Notes under the pieces: model-generated | The model's database searches: none | Told to the model about the DNA's origin: nothing | The model's input: only the letters and a program-made list of their open reading frames with translations | In this document: in pieces, positions 26,901 through 41,900 of the stretch | How positions within the stretch are numbered: the stretch's first letter is position 1 | Layout of the letters: every line of letters starts with the position of its first letter | Translations under genes and position numbers: made by a program | Source: Eledone cirrhosa | Taxonomy: Eukaryota | Length of the DNA: 64,000 bases | Direction: 5' to 3' | Assembly (NCBI GenBank): GCA_964016885.1 | Contig: OZ024757.1 | Span: 11,532,001-11,596,000 of the forward strand

Positions 26901-29900
26901 CATATCTGTGTTTATATTTTAAAAGAAATTTAGTTTGCTAGACTGAAGTATACTAATAATAATATTACACTTTGCCTATCTCGATTTAAAGTAATAAATC
27001 AATAAAAACAAAAAGTATTGGCAAATGGCCATGGAGTTTAGACAAATTTAAATTTCAAAATCAAATCCGTTCCGTACATAAGTTTAAACTTTAAAATCCA
27101 AATATGTTTCGAGATGAATAAGTGTAAGGATATCATGTCCAGCTCACATCAGTAAACACCCTGAACAAATTGATATGCTTCCATTCTAAATATTTTAAAA
27201 GACTGTTTCACGCACATGGTTTTCGAGTTTCTGGCCAGCCTCATACTCGTACTGATAGAAATAACAGCCGTATATATGGGGCTACTATCAGCTCAACGTA
27301 AGGAGCAATTATATTAAGTGTATTGAGTTCAAAACTCAAGCATTCCTTTACAATGAAATAGCTCAAAGAAAGAAGTATTTCTGAGCCGAATAATACAAGT
27401 AAATATAAATTAATATATATGATGAAACACAAATACCAACATATCTGTGTTTATATTGTAAAAGAAATTAAGTTCGTTAGTATGAAATATACTAATTATA
27501 ATATTACAGTTTGCCTATCTCGATTTAAAATAATAAATGAATAAAAACACACAGTATTGGCAAATGCCCATGGTGTTTAGACAAATTTAAATTTCAAATT
27601 CAAACCCGTTCCATAGATAAGTTAAAACTTTAAAATCCAAATATGTTTCGAGATGAATAAGTGTAAGGATATCATGTCCAGCTCACATCAGCAAACACCC
27701 TGAACAAATTGATATGCTTCACTTCTAAATATTTTAAAAAACCGTTTAACGCACATATTTTTCCAGTTTCTAGCCAGCCTCATACTCGTACTGCTAGAAA
27801 TAAAAGCCATATATATGGGGCTTCTATCAGCTCAACGTAAGGAGAAATTATATTAAGTGTATTGAGTTCAAAACTCAAGCATTCCTTTACAATGAAATAG
27901 CTCAAAGAAAGAAATATTTCTGAGCCGAATAATACAAGTAAATATAAATTAATATATATGATGAAACACAAATACCAACATATCTGTGTTTATATTTTAA
28001 AAGAAATTTAGTTAGCTAGACTGAAGTATACTAATTATAATATTACAGTTTGCCTATCTCGATTTAAAGTAATAAATCAATAAAAACAAACAGTATTGGC
28101 AAATGGCCATGGAGTTTAGACAAATTTAAATTTCAAAATCAAATCCGTTCCGTACATAAGTTTAAACTTTAAAATCCAAATATGTTTCGAGATGAATAAG
28201 TGTAAGGACATCATGTCCAGCTCACATCAGTAAACACACTGAACAAATTGTAATGCTTCCCTTCTAAATATTTTAAAAGACTGTTTCACGCACATGGTTT
28301 TCGAGTTTCTAGCCAGCCTCATACTCGTACTGATAGAAATAACAGCCGTATATATGGGGCTACTATCAGCTCAACGTAAGGAGCAATTATATTAAGTGTA
28401 TTGAGTTCAAAACTCAAGCATTCCTTTACAATGAAATAGCTCAAAGAAAGAAATATTTCTGAGCCGAATAATACAAGTAAATATAAATTAATATATATGA
28501 TGAAACACTAATACCAACATATCTGTGTTTATATTTTAAAAGAAATTTAGTTAGCTAGACTGAAGTATACTAATTATAATATTACAGTTTGCCTATCTCG
28601 ATTTCAAATAATAAATCAATAAAAACAAACAGTATTGGCAAATGGCCATGGTGTTTAGACAAATTTCTATTTCAAAATCGAACCTGTTCCGTAGATAAGT
28701 TTAAACTTTAAAATCCAAATGTGTTTCGAGATGAATAAGTGTAAGGATATCATGTCCAGCTCACATCAGTAAACACCCTGAACAAATTGATATGCTTCAC
28801 TTCTAAATATTTTAAAAGTCTGTTTAACGCACATGGTTTTCTATTTCTAGCCAGCCTCATACTCGTACTGCTAGAAATAACAGCCGTATATATGGGGCTA
28901 CTATCAACTCAACGTAAGGAGCAATTATATTAAGTGTATTGAGTTCAAAACTCAAGCATACCCTTACAATGAAATAGGTCAAAGAAAGAAATATTTCTGA
29001 GCCGTATAATACAAGTAAATATAAATTAATATATATGATGAAACACAAATACCAAAATATCGGTGTTTATATTGTAAAAGATATTAAGTTAGTTAGTATG
29101 AAATATACTAATTATAATATTACAGTTTGCCTATCTCGATTTAAAATAATAAATCAATAAAAACAAACATTATTGGCAAATGGCCATGGTGTTTAGACAA
29201 ATTTAAATTTCAAAATCAAACCCGTTCCGTAAATACGTTTAAACTTTAAAATCCAAATATGTTTCGAGATGAATAAGTGTAAGGATATCATGTCCAGCTC
29301 ACATCAGTAAACACCCTGAACAAATTGATATGCTTCACTTCTAAATATTTTAAAAGACTGTTTAACGCACATAGTTTTTTAATTTCTAGCCAGCCTCATA
29401 CTCGTACTGCTAGAAATAACAGCCATATATATGGGGCTACTATCAGCTCAACGTAATGAGCAATTATATTAAGTGTATTGAGTTCAAAACTCAAGCATTC
29501 CTTTACAATGAAATAGCTCAAAGAAAGAAGTACTTCTGAGCCGAATAATACAAGTAAATATAAATTAATATATATGATGAAACACAAATACCAACATATC
29601 TGTGTTTATATTTTAAAAGAAATTTAGTTTGCTAGACTGAAGTATACTAATAATAATATTACACTTTGCCTATCTCGATTTAAAGTAATAAATCAATAAA
29701 AACAAAAAGTATTGGCAAATGGCCATGGAGTTTAGACAAATTTAAATTTCAAAATCAAATCCGTTCCGTACATAAGTTTAAACTTTAAAATCCAAATATG
29801 TTTCGAGATGAATAAGTGTAAGGATATCATGTCCAGCTCACATCAGTAAACACCCTGAACAAATTGATATGCTTCCATTCTAAATATTTTAAAAGACTGT

Positions 29901-32900
29901 TTCACGCACATGGTTTTCGAGTTTCTGGCCAGCCTCATACTCGTACTGATAGAAATAACAGCCGTATATATGGGGCTACTATCAGCTCAACGTAAGGAGC
30001 AATTATATTAAGTGTATTGAGTTCAAAACTCAAGCATTCCTTTACAATGAAATAGCTCAAAGAAAGAAGTATTTCTGAGCCGAATAATACAAGTAAATAT
30101 AAATTAATATATATGATGAAACACAAATACCAACATATCTGTGTTTATATTGTAAAAGAAATTAAGTTCGTTAGTATGAAATATACTAATTATAATATTA
30201 CAGTTTGCCTATCTCGATTTAAAATAATAAATGAATAAAAACACACAGTATTGGCAAATGCCCATGGTGTTTAGACAAATTTAAATTTCAAATTCAAACC
30301 CGTTCCATAGATAAGTTAAAACTTTAAAATCCAAATATGTTTCGAGATGAATAAGTGTAAGGATATCATGTCCAGCTCACATCAGCAAACACCCTGAACA
30401 AATTGATATGCTTCACTTCTAAATATTTTAAAAAACCGTTTAACGCACATATTTTTCCAGTTTCTAGCCAGCCTCATACTCGTACTGCTAGAAATAAAAG
30501 CCATATATATGGGGCTTCTATCAGCTCAACGTAAGGAGAAATTATATTAAGTGTATTGAGTTCAAAACTCAAGCATTCCTTTACAATGAAATAGCTCAAA
30601 GAAAAAAATATTTCTGAGCCGAATAATACAAGTAAATATAAATTAATATATATGATGAAACACAAATACCAACATATCTGTGTTTATATTTTAAAAGAAA
30701 TTTAGTTAGCTAGACTGAAGTATACTAATTATAATATTACAGTTTGCCTATCTCGATTTAAAGTAATAAATCAATAAAAACAAACAGTATTGGCAAATGG
30801 CCATGGAGTTTAGACAAATTTAAATTTCAAAATCAAATCCGTTCCGTACATAAGTTTAAACTTTAAAATCCAAATATGTTTCGAGATGAATAAGTGTAAG
30901 GACATCATGTCCAGCTCACATCAGTAAACACACTGAACAAATTGTAATGCTTCCCTTCTAAATATTTTAAAAGACTGTTTCACGCACATGGTTTTCGAGT
31001 TTCTAGCCAGCCTCATACTCGTACTGATAGAAATAACAGCCGTATATATGGGGCTACTATCAGCTCAACGTAAGGAGCAATTATATTAAGTGTATTGAGT
31101 TCAAAACTCAAGCATTCCTTTACAATGAAATAGCTCAAAGAAAGAAGTATTTCTGAGCCGAATAATACAAGTAAATATAAATTAATATATATGATGAAAC
31201 ACAAATACCAACATATCTGTGTTTATATTTTAAAAGAAATTTAGTTAGCTAGACTGAAGTATACTAATTATAATATTACAGTTTGCCTATCTCGATTTAA
31301 AGTAATAAATCAATAAAAACAAAAAGTATTGGCAAATGGCCATGGAGTTTAGACAAATTTAAATTTCAAAATCAAATCCGTTCCGTACATAAGTTTAAAC
31401 TTTAAAATCAAAATATGTTTCGAGATGAATAAGTGTAAGGAAATCATGTCCAGCTCACATCAGTAAACACCCTGAACAAATTGATATGCTTCCCTTCTAA
31501 ATATTTTAAAAGACTGTTTCACGCACATGGTTTTCGAGTTTCTGGCCAGCCTCATACTCGTACTGATAGAAATAACAGCCGTATATATGGGGCTACTATC
31601 AGCTCAACGTAAGGAGCAATTATATTAAGTGTATTGAGTTAAAAACTCAAGCATTCCTTTACAATGAAATAGCTCAAAGAAAGAAATATTTCTGAGCCGA
31701 ATAATACAAGTAAATATAAATTAATATATATGATGAAACACTAATACCAACATATCTGTGTTTATATTTTAAAAGAAATTTAGTTAGCTAGACTGAAGTA
31801 TACTAATTATAATATTACAGTTTGCCTATCTCGATTTAAAGTAATAAATCAATAAAAACAAACAGTATTGGCAAATGGCCATGGAGTTTAGACAAATTTA
31901 AATTTCAAAATCAAATCCGTTCCGTACATAAGTTTAAACTTTAAAATCCAAATATGTTTCGAGATGAATAAGTGTAAGGATATCATGTCCAGCTCACATC
32001 AGTAAACACCCTAAACAAATTGATATGCTTCCCTTCTAAATATTTTAAAAGACTGTTTCACGCACATGGTTGTCGAGTTTCTGGACAGCCTCATACTCGT
32101 ACAGCTAGAAATAACAGCCGTATATATGGGGCTACTATCAGCTCAACGTAAGGTGCAATTATATTAAGTGTATTGAGTTCAAAACTGAAGCATTCCTTTA
32201 CAATGAAATAGCTCAAAGAAAGAAATATTTCTGAGCCCTATAATACAAGTAAATATAAATTAATATATATGATGAAACGCAAATACCAAAATATCGGTGT
32301 TTATATTGTAAAAGATATTAAGTTAGATAGTATGAAATATACTAATTATAATATTACAGTTTGCCTATCTCGATTTAAAATAATAAATCAATAAAAACAA
32401 ACATTATTGGCAAATGGCCATGGTGTTTAGACAAATTTAAATTTCAAAATCAAACCCGTTCCGTAAATAAGTTTAAACTTTAAAATCCAAATATGTTTCG
32501 AGATGAATAAGTGTAAGGATATCATGTCCAGCTCACATCAGTAAACACCCTGAACAAATTGATATGCTTCACTTCTAAATATTTTAAAAGACTGTTTAAC
32601 GCACATGGTTTTCCAGTTTCTAGCCAGTCACATACTCGTACTGCTAGAAATAACAGCCGTATATATGGGGCTACTATCAGCTCAACGTAAGGACCAATTA
32701 TATTAAGTGTATTGAGTCCAAAACTCAAGCATTCCTTTACAATGAAATAGTTCAAAGAAAGAAATATTTCTGAGCCGTATAATACAAGTAAATATAAATT
32801 AATATATATGATGAAACACAAATACCAACATATCTGTGTTTATATTGTAAAAGAAATTTAGTTAGCTAGAATGAAGTATACTAATTATAATATTACAGTT

Positions 32901-35900
32901 TGCCTATCTCGATTTAAAATACAAATCAATAAAAACAAACAGTATTGGCAAATGGCCATGGAGTTTAGACAAATTTAAATTTCAAAATCAAATCCGTTCC
33001 GTACATAAGTGTAAACTTTAAAATCCAAATATGTTTCGAGATGAATAAGTGTAAGGATATCATGTCCAGCTCACATCAGTAAACACCCTGAACAAATTGA
33101 TATGCTTCCCTTCTAAATATTTTAAAAGACTGTTTCACGCACATAGTTTTCGAGTTTCTGGCCAGTCACATACTCGTACTGCTAGAAACAACAGCCGTAT
33201 ATATGGGGCTACTATCAGCTCAACGTAAGGAGCAATTATATTAAGTGTATTGAGTTCAAAACTCAAGCATTCCTTTACAATGAAATAGCTCAAAGAAAGA
33301 AATATTTCTGAGCCCTATAATACAAGTAAATATAAATTAATATATATGATGAAACACAAATACCAACATATCTGTGTTTATATTGTAAACGAAATTAAGT
33401 TAGCTAGAATGAAATATACTAATTATAATATTAAAGTTTGCCTATATCGATTTAAAATAATAAATCAATAAAAACAAACAGTATTGGCAAATGGCCATGG
33501 TGTTTAGACAAATTTATATTTCAAAATCGCACCTGTTCCGTAGATAAGTTTAAACTTTAAAATCCAAATGTGTTTCGAGATGAATATGTGTAAGGATATC
33601 ATATCCAGCTCACATCAGTAAACACCCTAAACAAATTGATATGCTTCACTTCTAAATATTTTAAAAGACTGTTTAACGCACATGGTTTTCCAGTTTCTAG
33701 CCAGCCTCATACTCGTACTGCTAGAAATAACAGCCGTATATATGGGGCTACTATCAGCTCAACGTAAGGAGCAATTATATTACGTGTATTGAGTTCAAAA
33801 CTCAAGCATACCCTTACAATGAAATAGCTCAAAGAAAGAAATATTTCTGAGCCGTATAATACAAGTAAATATAAATTAATATATATGATGAAACACAAAT
33901 ACCAACATATCGGTGTTTATATTGTAAAAGAAATTAAGTTAGTTAGTATGAAATATACTAATTATAATATTACAGTTTGCCTATCTCGATTTAAAATAAT
34001 AAATCAATAAAAACAAACATTATTGACAAATGGCCATGGTGTTTAGACAAATTTAAATTTAAAAATCAAACCCGTTCCGTAAATAAGTTTAAACTTTAAA
34101 ATCCAAATATGTTTCGAGATGAATAAGTGTAAGGATATCATGTCCAGCTCACATCAGTAAACACCCTGAACAAATTGATATGCTTCACTTCTAAATATTT
34201 TAAAAGACTGTTTAACGCACATGGTTTTCCAGTTTCTAGCCAGCCTCATACTCGTACTGCTAGAAATAACAGCCGTATATATGGGGCTACTATCGGCTCA
34301 ACGTAAGGAGCAATTATATTAAGTGTATTGAGTTCAACACTCAAGCATACCCTTACAATGAAATAGCTCAAAGAAAGAAATATTTCTGAGCCGTATAATA
34401 CAAGTAAATATAAATTAATATATATGATGAAACTCAAATACCAACATATCTGTGTTTATATTTTAAAAGAAATTTAGTTAGCTAGACTGAAGTATACTAA
34501 TTATAATATTACAGTTTGCCTATCTCGATTTAAAATAATAAATGAATAAAAACACACAGTATTGGCAAATGGCCATGGTGTTTAGACAAATTTAAATTTC
34601 AAAATCAAACCCGTTCCATAGATAAGTTTAAACTTTAAAATCCAAATATGTTTCGAGATGAATAAGTGTAAGGATATCATGTCCAGCTCACATCAGCAAA
34701 CACCCTGAACAAATTGATATGCTTCACTTCTAAATATTTTAAAAGACCGTTTAACGCACATATTTTTCCAGTTTCTAGCCAGCCTCATACTCGTACTGCT
34801 AGAAATAAAAGACATATATATGGGGCTTCTATCAGCTCAACGTAAGGAGCAATTATATTAAGTGTATTGAGTTTAAATCTCAAGCATTCCTTTACAATGA
34901 AATAGCTCAAAGAAAGAAATATTTTTGAGCCGAATAATACAAGTAAATATAAATTAATATATATTATGAAACACAAATACCAACATATCTGTGTTTATAT
35001 TTTAAAAGAAATTTAGTTAGCTAGACTGAAGTATACTAATTATAATATTACAGTTTGCCTATCTCGATTTAAAGTAATAAATCAATAAAAACAAACAGTA
35101 TTGGCAAATGGCCATGGAGTTTAGACAAATTTAAATTTCAAAATCAAATCCGTTCCGTACATAAGTTTAAACTTTAAAATCCAAATATGTTTCGAGATGA
35201 ATAAGTGTAAGGATATCATGTCCAGCTCACATCAGTAAACACCCTGAACAAATTGATATGCTTCCCTTCTAAATATTTTAAAAGAATGTTTCACGCACAT
35301 GGTTTTCGAGTTTCTGGCCAGCCTCATACTCGTACTGATAGAAATAACAGCCGTATATATGGGGCTACTATCAGCTCAACGTAAGGAGCAATTATATTAA
35401 GTGTATTGAGTTCAAAACTCAAGCATTCCTTTACAATGAAATAGCTCAAAGAAAGAAATATTTCTGAGCCGAATAATACAAGTAAATATAAATTAATATA
35501 TATGATGAAACACAAATACCAAAATATCGGTGTTTATATTGTAAACGAAATTAAGTTTGCTAGAATGAAATATACTAATTATAATATTACAGTTTGCCTA
35601 TCTCGATTTAAAATAATAAATCAATAAAAACAAACATAATTGGCAAATGGCCATGGTGTTTAGACAAATTTAAATTTCAAAATCAGACCCGTTCCGTAAA
35701 TAAGTTTAAACTTTAAAATCCAAATATGTTTCGAGATGAATAAGTGTAAGGATATCATGTCCAGCTCACATCAGTAAACACCCTGAACAAATTGATATGC
35801 TTCACTTCTAAATATTTTAAAAGACTGTTTAACGCACATAGTTTTTAAATTTCTAGCCAGCCTCATACACGTACTGCTAGAAATTACAGCCATATATATG

Positions 35901-38900
35901 GGGCTACTATCAGCTCAACGTAAGGAGCAATTATATTAAGTGTATTGAGTTCAAAACTCAAGCATTCCTTTACAATGAAATAGCTCAAAGAAAGAAGTAT
36001 TTCTGAGCCGAATAATACAAGTAAATATAAATTAATATATATGATGAAACACAAATACCAACAAATCTGTGTTTATATTGTAAAAGAAATTAAGTTCGTT
36101 AGTATGAAATATACTAATTATAATATTACAGTTTGCCTATTTCGATTTAAAATAATAAATGAATAAAAACACACAGTATTGGCAAATGGCCATGGTGTTT
36201 AGACAAATTTAAATTTCAAAATCAAACCCGTTCCATAGATAAGTTTAAACTTTAAAATCCAAATATGTTTCGAGATGAATAAGTGTAAGGATATCATGTC
36301 CAGCTCACATCAGCAAACACCCTGAACAAATTGATATACTTCACTTCTAAATATTTTAAAAAACCGTTTAACGCACATATTTTTCCAGTTTCTAGCCAGC
36401 CTCATACTCGTACTGCTAGAAATAAAAGCCATATATATGGGGCTTCTATCAGCACAACGTAAAGAGCAATTATATTAAGTGTATTGAGTTCAAAACTCAA
36501 GCATTCCTTTACAATGGAATAGCTCAAAGAAAGAAATATTTCTGAGCCGAATAATACAAGTAAATATAAATTAATATATATGATGAAACACAAATACCAA
36601 CATATCTGTGTTTTTATTTTAAAAGAAATTTAGTTAGCTAGACTGAAGTATACTAATTATAATATTACAGTTTGCCTATCTCGATTTAAAGTAATAAATC
36701 AATAAAAACAAAAAGTATTGGCAAATGGCCATGGAGTTTAGACAAATTTAAATTTCAAAATCAAATCCGTTCCGTACATAAGTTTAAACTTTAAAATCCA
36801 AATATGTTTCGAGATGAATAAGTGTAAGTATATCATGTCCAGCTCACATCAGTAAACACCCTGAACAAATTGATATGCTTCACTTCTAAATATTTTAAAA
36901 GACTGTTTAACGCACATAGTTTTTAAATTTCTAGCCAGCCTCATACACGTACTGCTAGAAATTACAGCCATATATATGGGGCTACTATCAGCTCAACGTA
37001 AGGAGCAATTATATTAAGTGTATTGAGTTCAAAACTCAAGCATTCCTTTACAATGAAATAGCTCAAAGAAAGAAGTATTTCTGAGCCGAATAATACAAGT
37101 AAATATAAATTAATATATATGATGAAACACAAATACCAACAAATCTGTGTTTATATTGTAAAAGAAATTAAGTTCGTTAGTATGAAATATACTAATTATA
37201 ATATTACAGTTTGCCTATTTCGATTTAAAATAATAAATGAATAAAAACACACAGTATTGGCAAATGGCCATGGTGTTTAGACAAATTTAAATTTCAAAAT
37301 CAAACCCGTTCCATAGATAAGTTTAAACTTTAAAATCCAAATATGTTTCGAGATGAATAAGTGTAAGGATATCATGTCCAGCTCACATCAGCAAACACCC
37401 TGAACAAATTGATATACTTCACTTCTAAATATTTTAAAAAACCGTTTAACGCACATATTTTTCCAGTTTCTAGCCAGCCTCATACTCGTACTGCTAGAAA
37501 TAAAAGCCATATATATGGGGCTTCTATCAGCTCAACGTAAAGAGCAATTATATTAAGTGTATTGAGTTCAAAACTCAAGCATTCCTTTACAATGGAATAG
37601 CTCAAAGAAAGAAATATTTCTGAGCCGAATAATACAAGTAAATATAAATTAATATATATGATGAAACACAAATACCAACATATCTGTGTTTTTATTTTAA
37701 AAGAAATTTAGTTAGCTAGACTGAAGTATACTAATTATAATATTACAGTTTGCCTATCTCGATTTAAAGTAATAAATCAATAAAAACAAAAAGTATTGGC
37801 AAATGGCCATGGAGTTTAGACAAATTTAAATTTCAAAATCAAATCCGTTCCGTACATAAGTTTAAACTTTAAAATCCAAATATGTTTCGAGATGAATAAG
37901 TGTAAGGATATCATGTCCAGCTCACATCAGTAAACACCCTGAACAAATTGATATGCTTCCCTTCTAAATATTTTAAAAGACTGTTTCACGCACATGGTTT
38001 TCGAGTTTCTGGACTGCCTCATACTCGTACAGATAGAAATAACAGCCGTATATATGGGGCTACTATCAGCTCAACGTAAGGAGCAATTATATTAAGTGTA
38101 TTGAGTTCAAAACTCAAGCATTCCTTTACAATGAAATAGCTCAAAGAAAGAAATATTTCTGAGCCGAATAATACAAGTAAATATAAATTAATATATATGA
38201 TGAAACACTAATACCAACATATCTGTGTTTATATTTTAAAAGAAATTTAGTTAGCTAGACTGAAGTATACTAATTATAATATTACAGTTTGCCTATCTCG
38301 ATTTAAAGTAATAAATCAATAAAAACAAACAGTATTGGCAAATGGCCATGGAGTTTAGACAAATTTAAATTTCAAAATCAAATCCGTTCCGTACATAAGT
38401 TTAAACTTTAAAATCCAAATATGTTTCGAGATGAATAAGTGTAAGGATATCATGTCCAGCTCACATCAGTAAACACCCTGAACAAATTGATATGCTTCCC
38501 TTCTAAATATTTTAAAAGACTGTTTCACGCACATGGTTGTCGAGTTTCTGGCCAGCCTCATACTCGTACTGCTAGAAATAACAGCCGTATATATGGGGCT
38601 ACTATCAGCTCAACGTAATGAGCAATTATATTAAGTGTATTGAGTTCAAAACTCAAGCATTCCTTTACAATGAAATAGCTCAAAGAAAGAAGTATTTCTG
38701 AGCCGAATAATACAAGTAAATATAAATTAATATATATGATGAAACACAAATACCAACATATCTGTGTTTATATTGTAAAAGAAATTAAGTTCGTTAGTAT
38801 GAAATATACTAATTATAATATTACAGTTTGCCTATCTCGATTTAAAATAATAAATGAATAAAAACACACAGTATTGGCAAATGGCCATGGTGTTTAGACA

Positions 38901-41900
38901 AATTTAAATTTCAAAATCAAACCCGTTCCATAGATAAGTTTAAACTTTAAAATCCAAATATGTTTCGAGATGAATAAGTGTAAGGATATCATGTCCAGCT
39001 CACATCAGCAAACACCCTGAACAAATTGATATGCTTCACTTCTAAATAGTTTAAAAGACCGTTTAACGCACATATTTTTCCAGTTTCTAGCCAGCCTCAT
39101 ACTCGTACTGCTAGAAATAAAAGCCATATATATGGGGCTTCTATCAGCTCAACGTAAGGAGCAATTATATTAAGTGTATTGAGTTCAAAACTCAAGCATT
39201 CCTTTACAATGAAATAGCTCAAAGAAATAAATAATTCTGAGCCGAATAATACAAGTAAATATAAATTAATATATATGATGAAACACAAATACCAACATAT
39301 CTGTGTTTATATTTTAAAAGAAATTTAGTTAGCTAGACTGAAGTATACTAATTATAATATTACAGTTTGCCTATCTCGATTTAAAGTAATAAATCAATAA
39401 AAACAAACAGTATTGGCAAATGGCCATGGAGTTTAGACAAATTTAAATTTGAAAATCAAATCCGTTCCGTACATAAGTTTAAACTTTAATATCCAAATAT
39501 GTTTCGAGATGAATAAGTGTAAGGATATCATGTCCAGCTCACATCAGTAAACACCCTGAACAAATTGATATGCTTCACTTCTAAATATTTTAAAAGACTG
39601 TTTAACGCACATAGTTTTTTAATTTCTAGCCAGCCTCATACTCGTACTGCTAGAAATAACAGCCATATATATGGGGCTACTATCAGCTAAACGTAATGAG
39701 CAATTATATTAAGTGTATTGAGTTCAAAACTCAAGCATTCCTTTACTATGAAATAGCTCAAAGAAAGAAGTATTTCTGAGCCGAATAATACAAGTAAATA
39801 TAAATTAATATATATGATGAAACACAAATACCAACATATCTGTGTTTATATTGTAAAAGAAATTAAGTTCGTTAGTATGAAATATACTAATTATAATATT
39901 ACAGTTTGCCTATCTCGATTTAAAATAATAAATGAATAAAAACACACAGTATTGGCAAATGGCCATGGTGTTTAGACAAATTTAAATTTCAAAATCAAAC
40001 CCGTTCCATAGATAAGTTTAAACTTTAAAATCCAAATATGTTTCGAGATGAATAAGTGTAAGGATATCATGTCCAGCTCACATCAGTAAACACCCTGAAC
40101 AAATTGATATGCTTCACTTCTAAATATTTTAAAAGTCTGTTTAACGCACATGGTTTTCCAGTTTCTAGCCAGCCTCATACTCGTACTGCTAGAAATAACA
40201 GCCGTATATATGGGGCTACTATCAGCTCAACGTAAGGAGCAATTATATTAAGTGTATTGAGTTCAAAACTCAAGCATACCCTTACAATGAAATAGCTCAA
40301 AGAAAGAAATATTTCTGAGCCGTATAATACGAGTAAATATAAATTAATATATATGATGAAACACAAATACCAAAATATCGGTGTTTATATTGTAAAAGAT
40401 ATTAAGTTAGTTAGTATGAAATATCCTAATTATAATATTACAGTTTGCCTATCTCGATTTAAAATAATAAATCAATAAAGACAAACATTATTGGCAAATG
40501 GCCATGGTGTTTAGAGAAATTTAAATTTCAAAATCAAACCCGTTCCGTAAATAAGTTTAAACTTTAAAATCCAAATATGTTTCGAGATGAATAAGTGTAA
40601 GGATATCATGTCCAGCTCACATCAGTAAACACCCTGAACAATTTGATATGCTTCACTTCTAAATATTTTAAAAGACTGTTTAACGCACATAGTTTTTTAA
40701 TTTCTAGCCAGCCTCATACTCGTACTGCTAGAAATAACAGCCATATATATGGGGCTACTATCAGCTCAACGTAATGAGCAATTATATTAAGTGTATTGAG
40801 TTCAAAACTCAAGCATTCCTTTACAATGAAATAGCTCAAAGAAAGAAGTATTTCTGAGCCGAATAATACAAGTAAATATAAATTAATATATATGATGAAA
40901 CACAAATACCAACATATCTGTGTTTATATTGTAAAAGAAATTAAGTTCGTTAGTATGAAATATACTAATTATAATATTACAGTTTGCCTATCTCGATTTA
41001 AAATAATAAATGAATAAAAACACACAGTATTGGCAAATGGCCATGGTGTTTAGACAAATTTAAATTTCAAAATCAAACCCGTTCCATAGATAAGTTTAAA
41101 CTTTAAAATCCAAATATGTTTCGAGATGAATAAGTGTAAGGATATCATGTCCAGCTCACATCAGCAAACACCCTGAACAAATTGATATGCTTCACTTCTA
41201 AATATTTTAAAAGACCGTTTAACGCACATATTTTTCCAGTTTCTAGCCAGCCTCATACTCGTACTGCTAGAAATAAAAGCCATATATATGGGGCTTCTAT
41301 CAGCTCAACGTAAGGAGCAATTATATTAAGTGTATTGAGTTCAAAACTCAAACATTCCTTTACAATGAAATAGCTCAAAGAAAGAAATATTTCTGAGCCG
41401 AATAATACAAGTAAATATAAATTAATATATATGATGAAACACAAATACCAACATATCTGTGTTTATATTTTAAAAGAAATTTAGTTAGCTAGACTGAAGT
41501 ATACTAATTATAATATTACAGTTTGCCTATCTCGATTTAAAGTAATAAATCAATAAAAACAAACAGTATTGGCAAATGGCCATGGAGTTTAGACAAATTT
41601 AAATTTCAAAATCAAATCCGTTCCGTACATAAGTTTAAACTTTAATATCCAAATATGTTTCGAGATCAATAAGTGTAAGGATATCATGTCCAGCTCACAT
41701 CAGTAAACACCCTGAACAAATTGATATGCTTCCCTTCTAAATATTTTAAAAGACTGTTTCACGCACTTGGTTTTCAAGTTTCTGGCCAGCCTCATACTCG
41801 TACTGATAGAAATAACAGCCGTATATATGGGGCTACTATCAGCTCAACGTAAGGAGCAATTATATTAAGTGTATTGAGTTCAAAACTCAAGCATTCCTTT

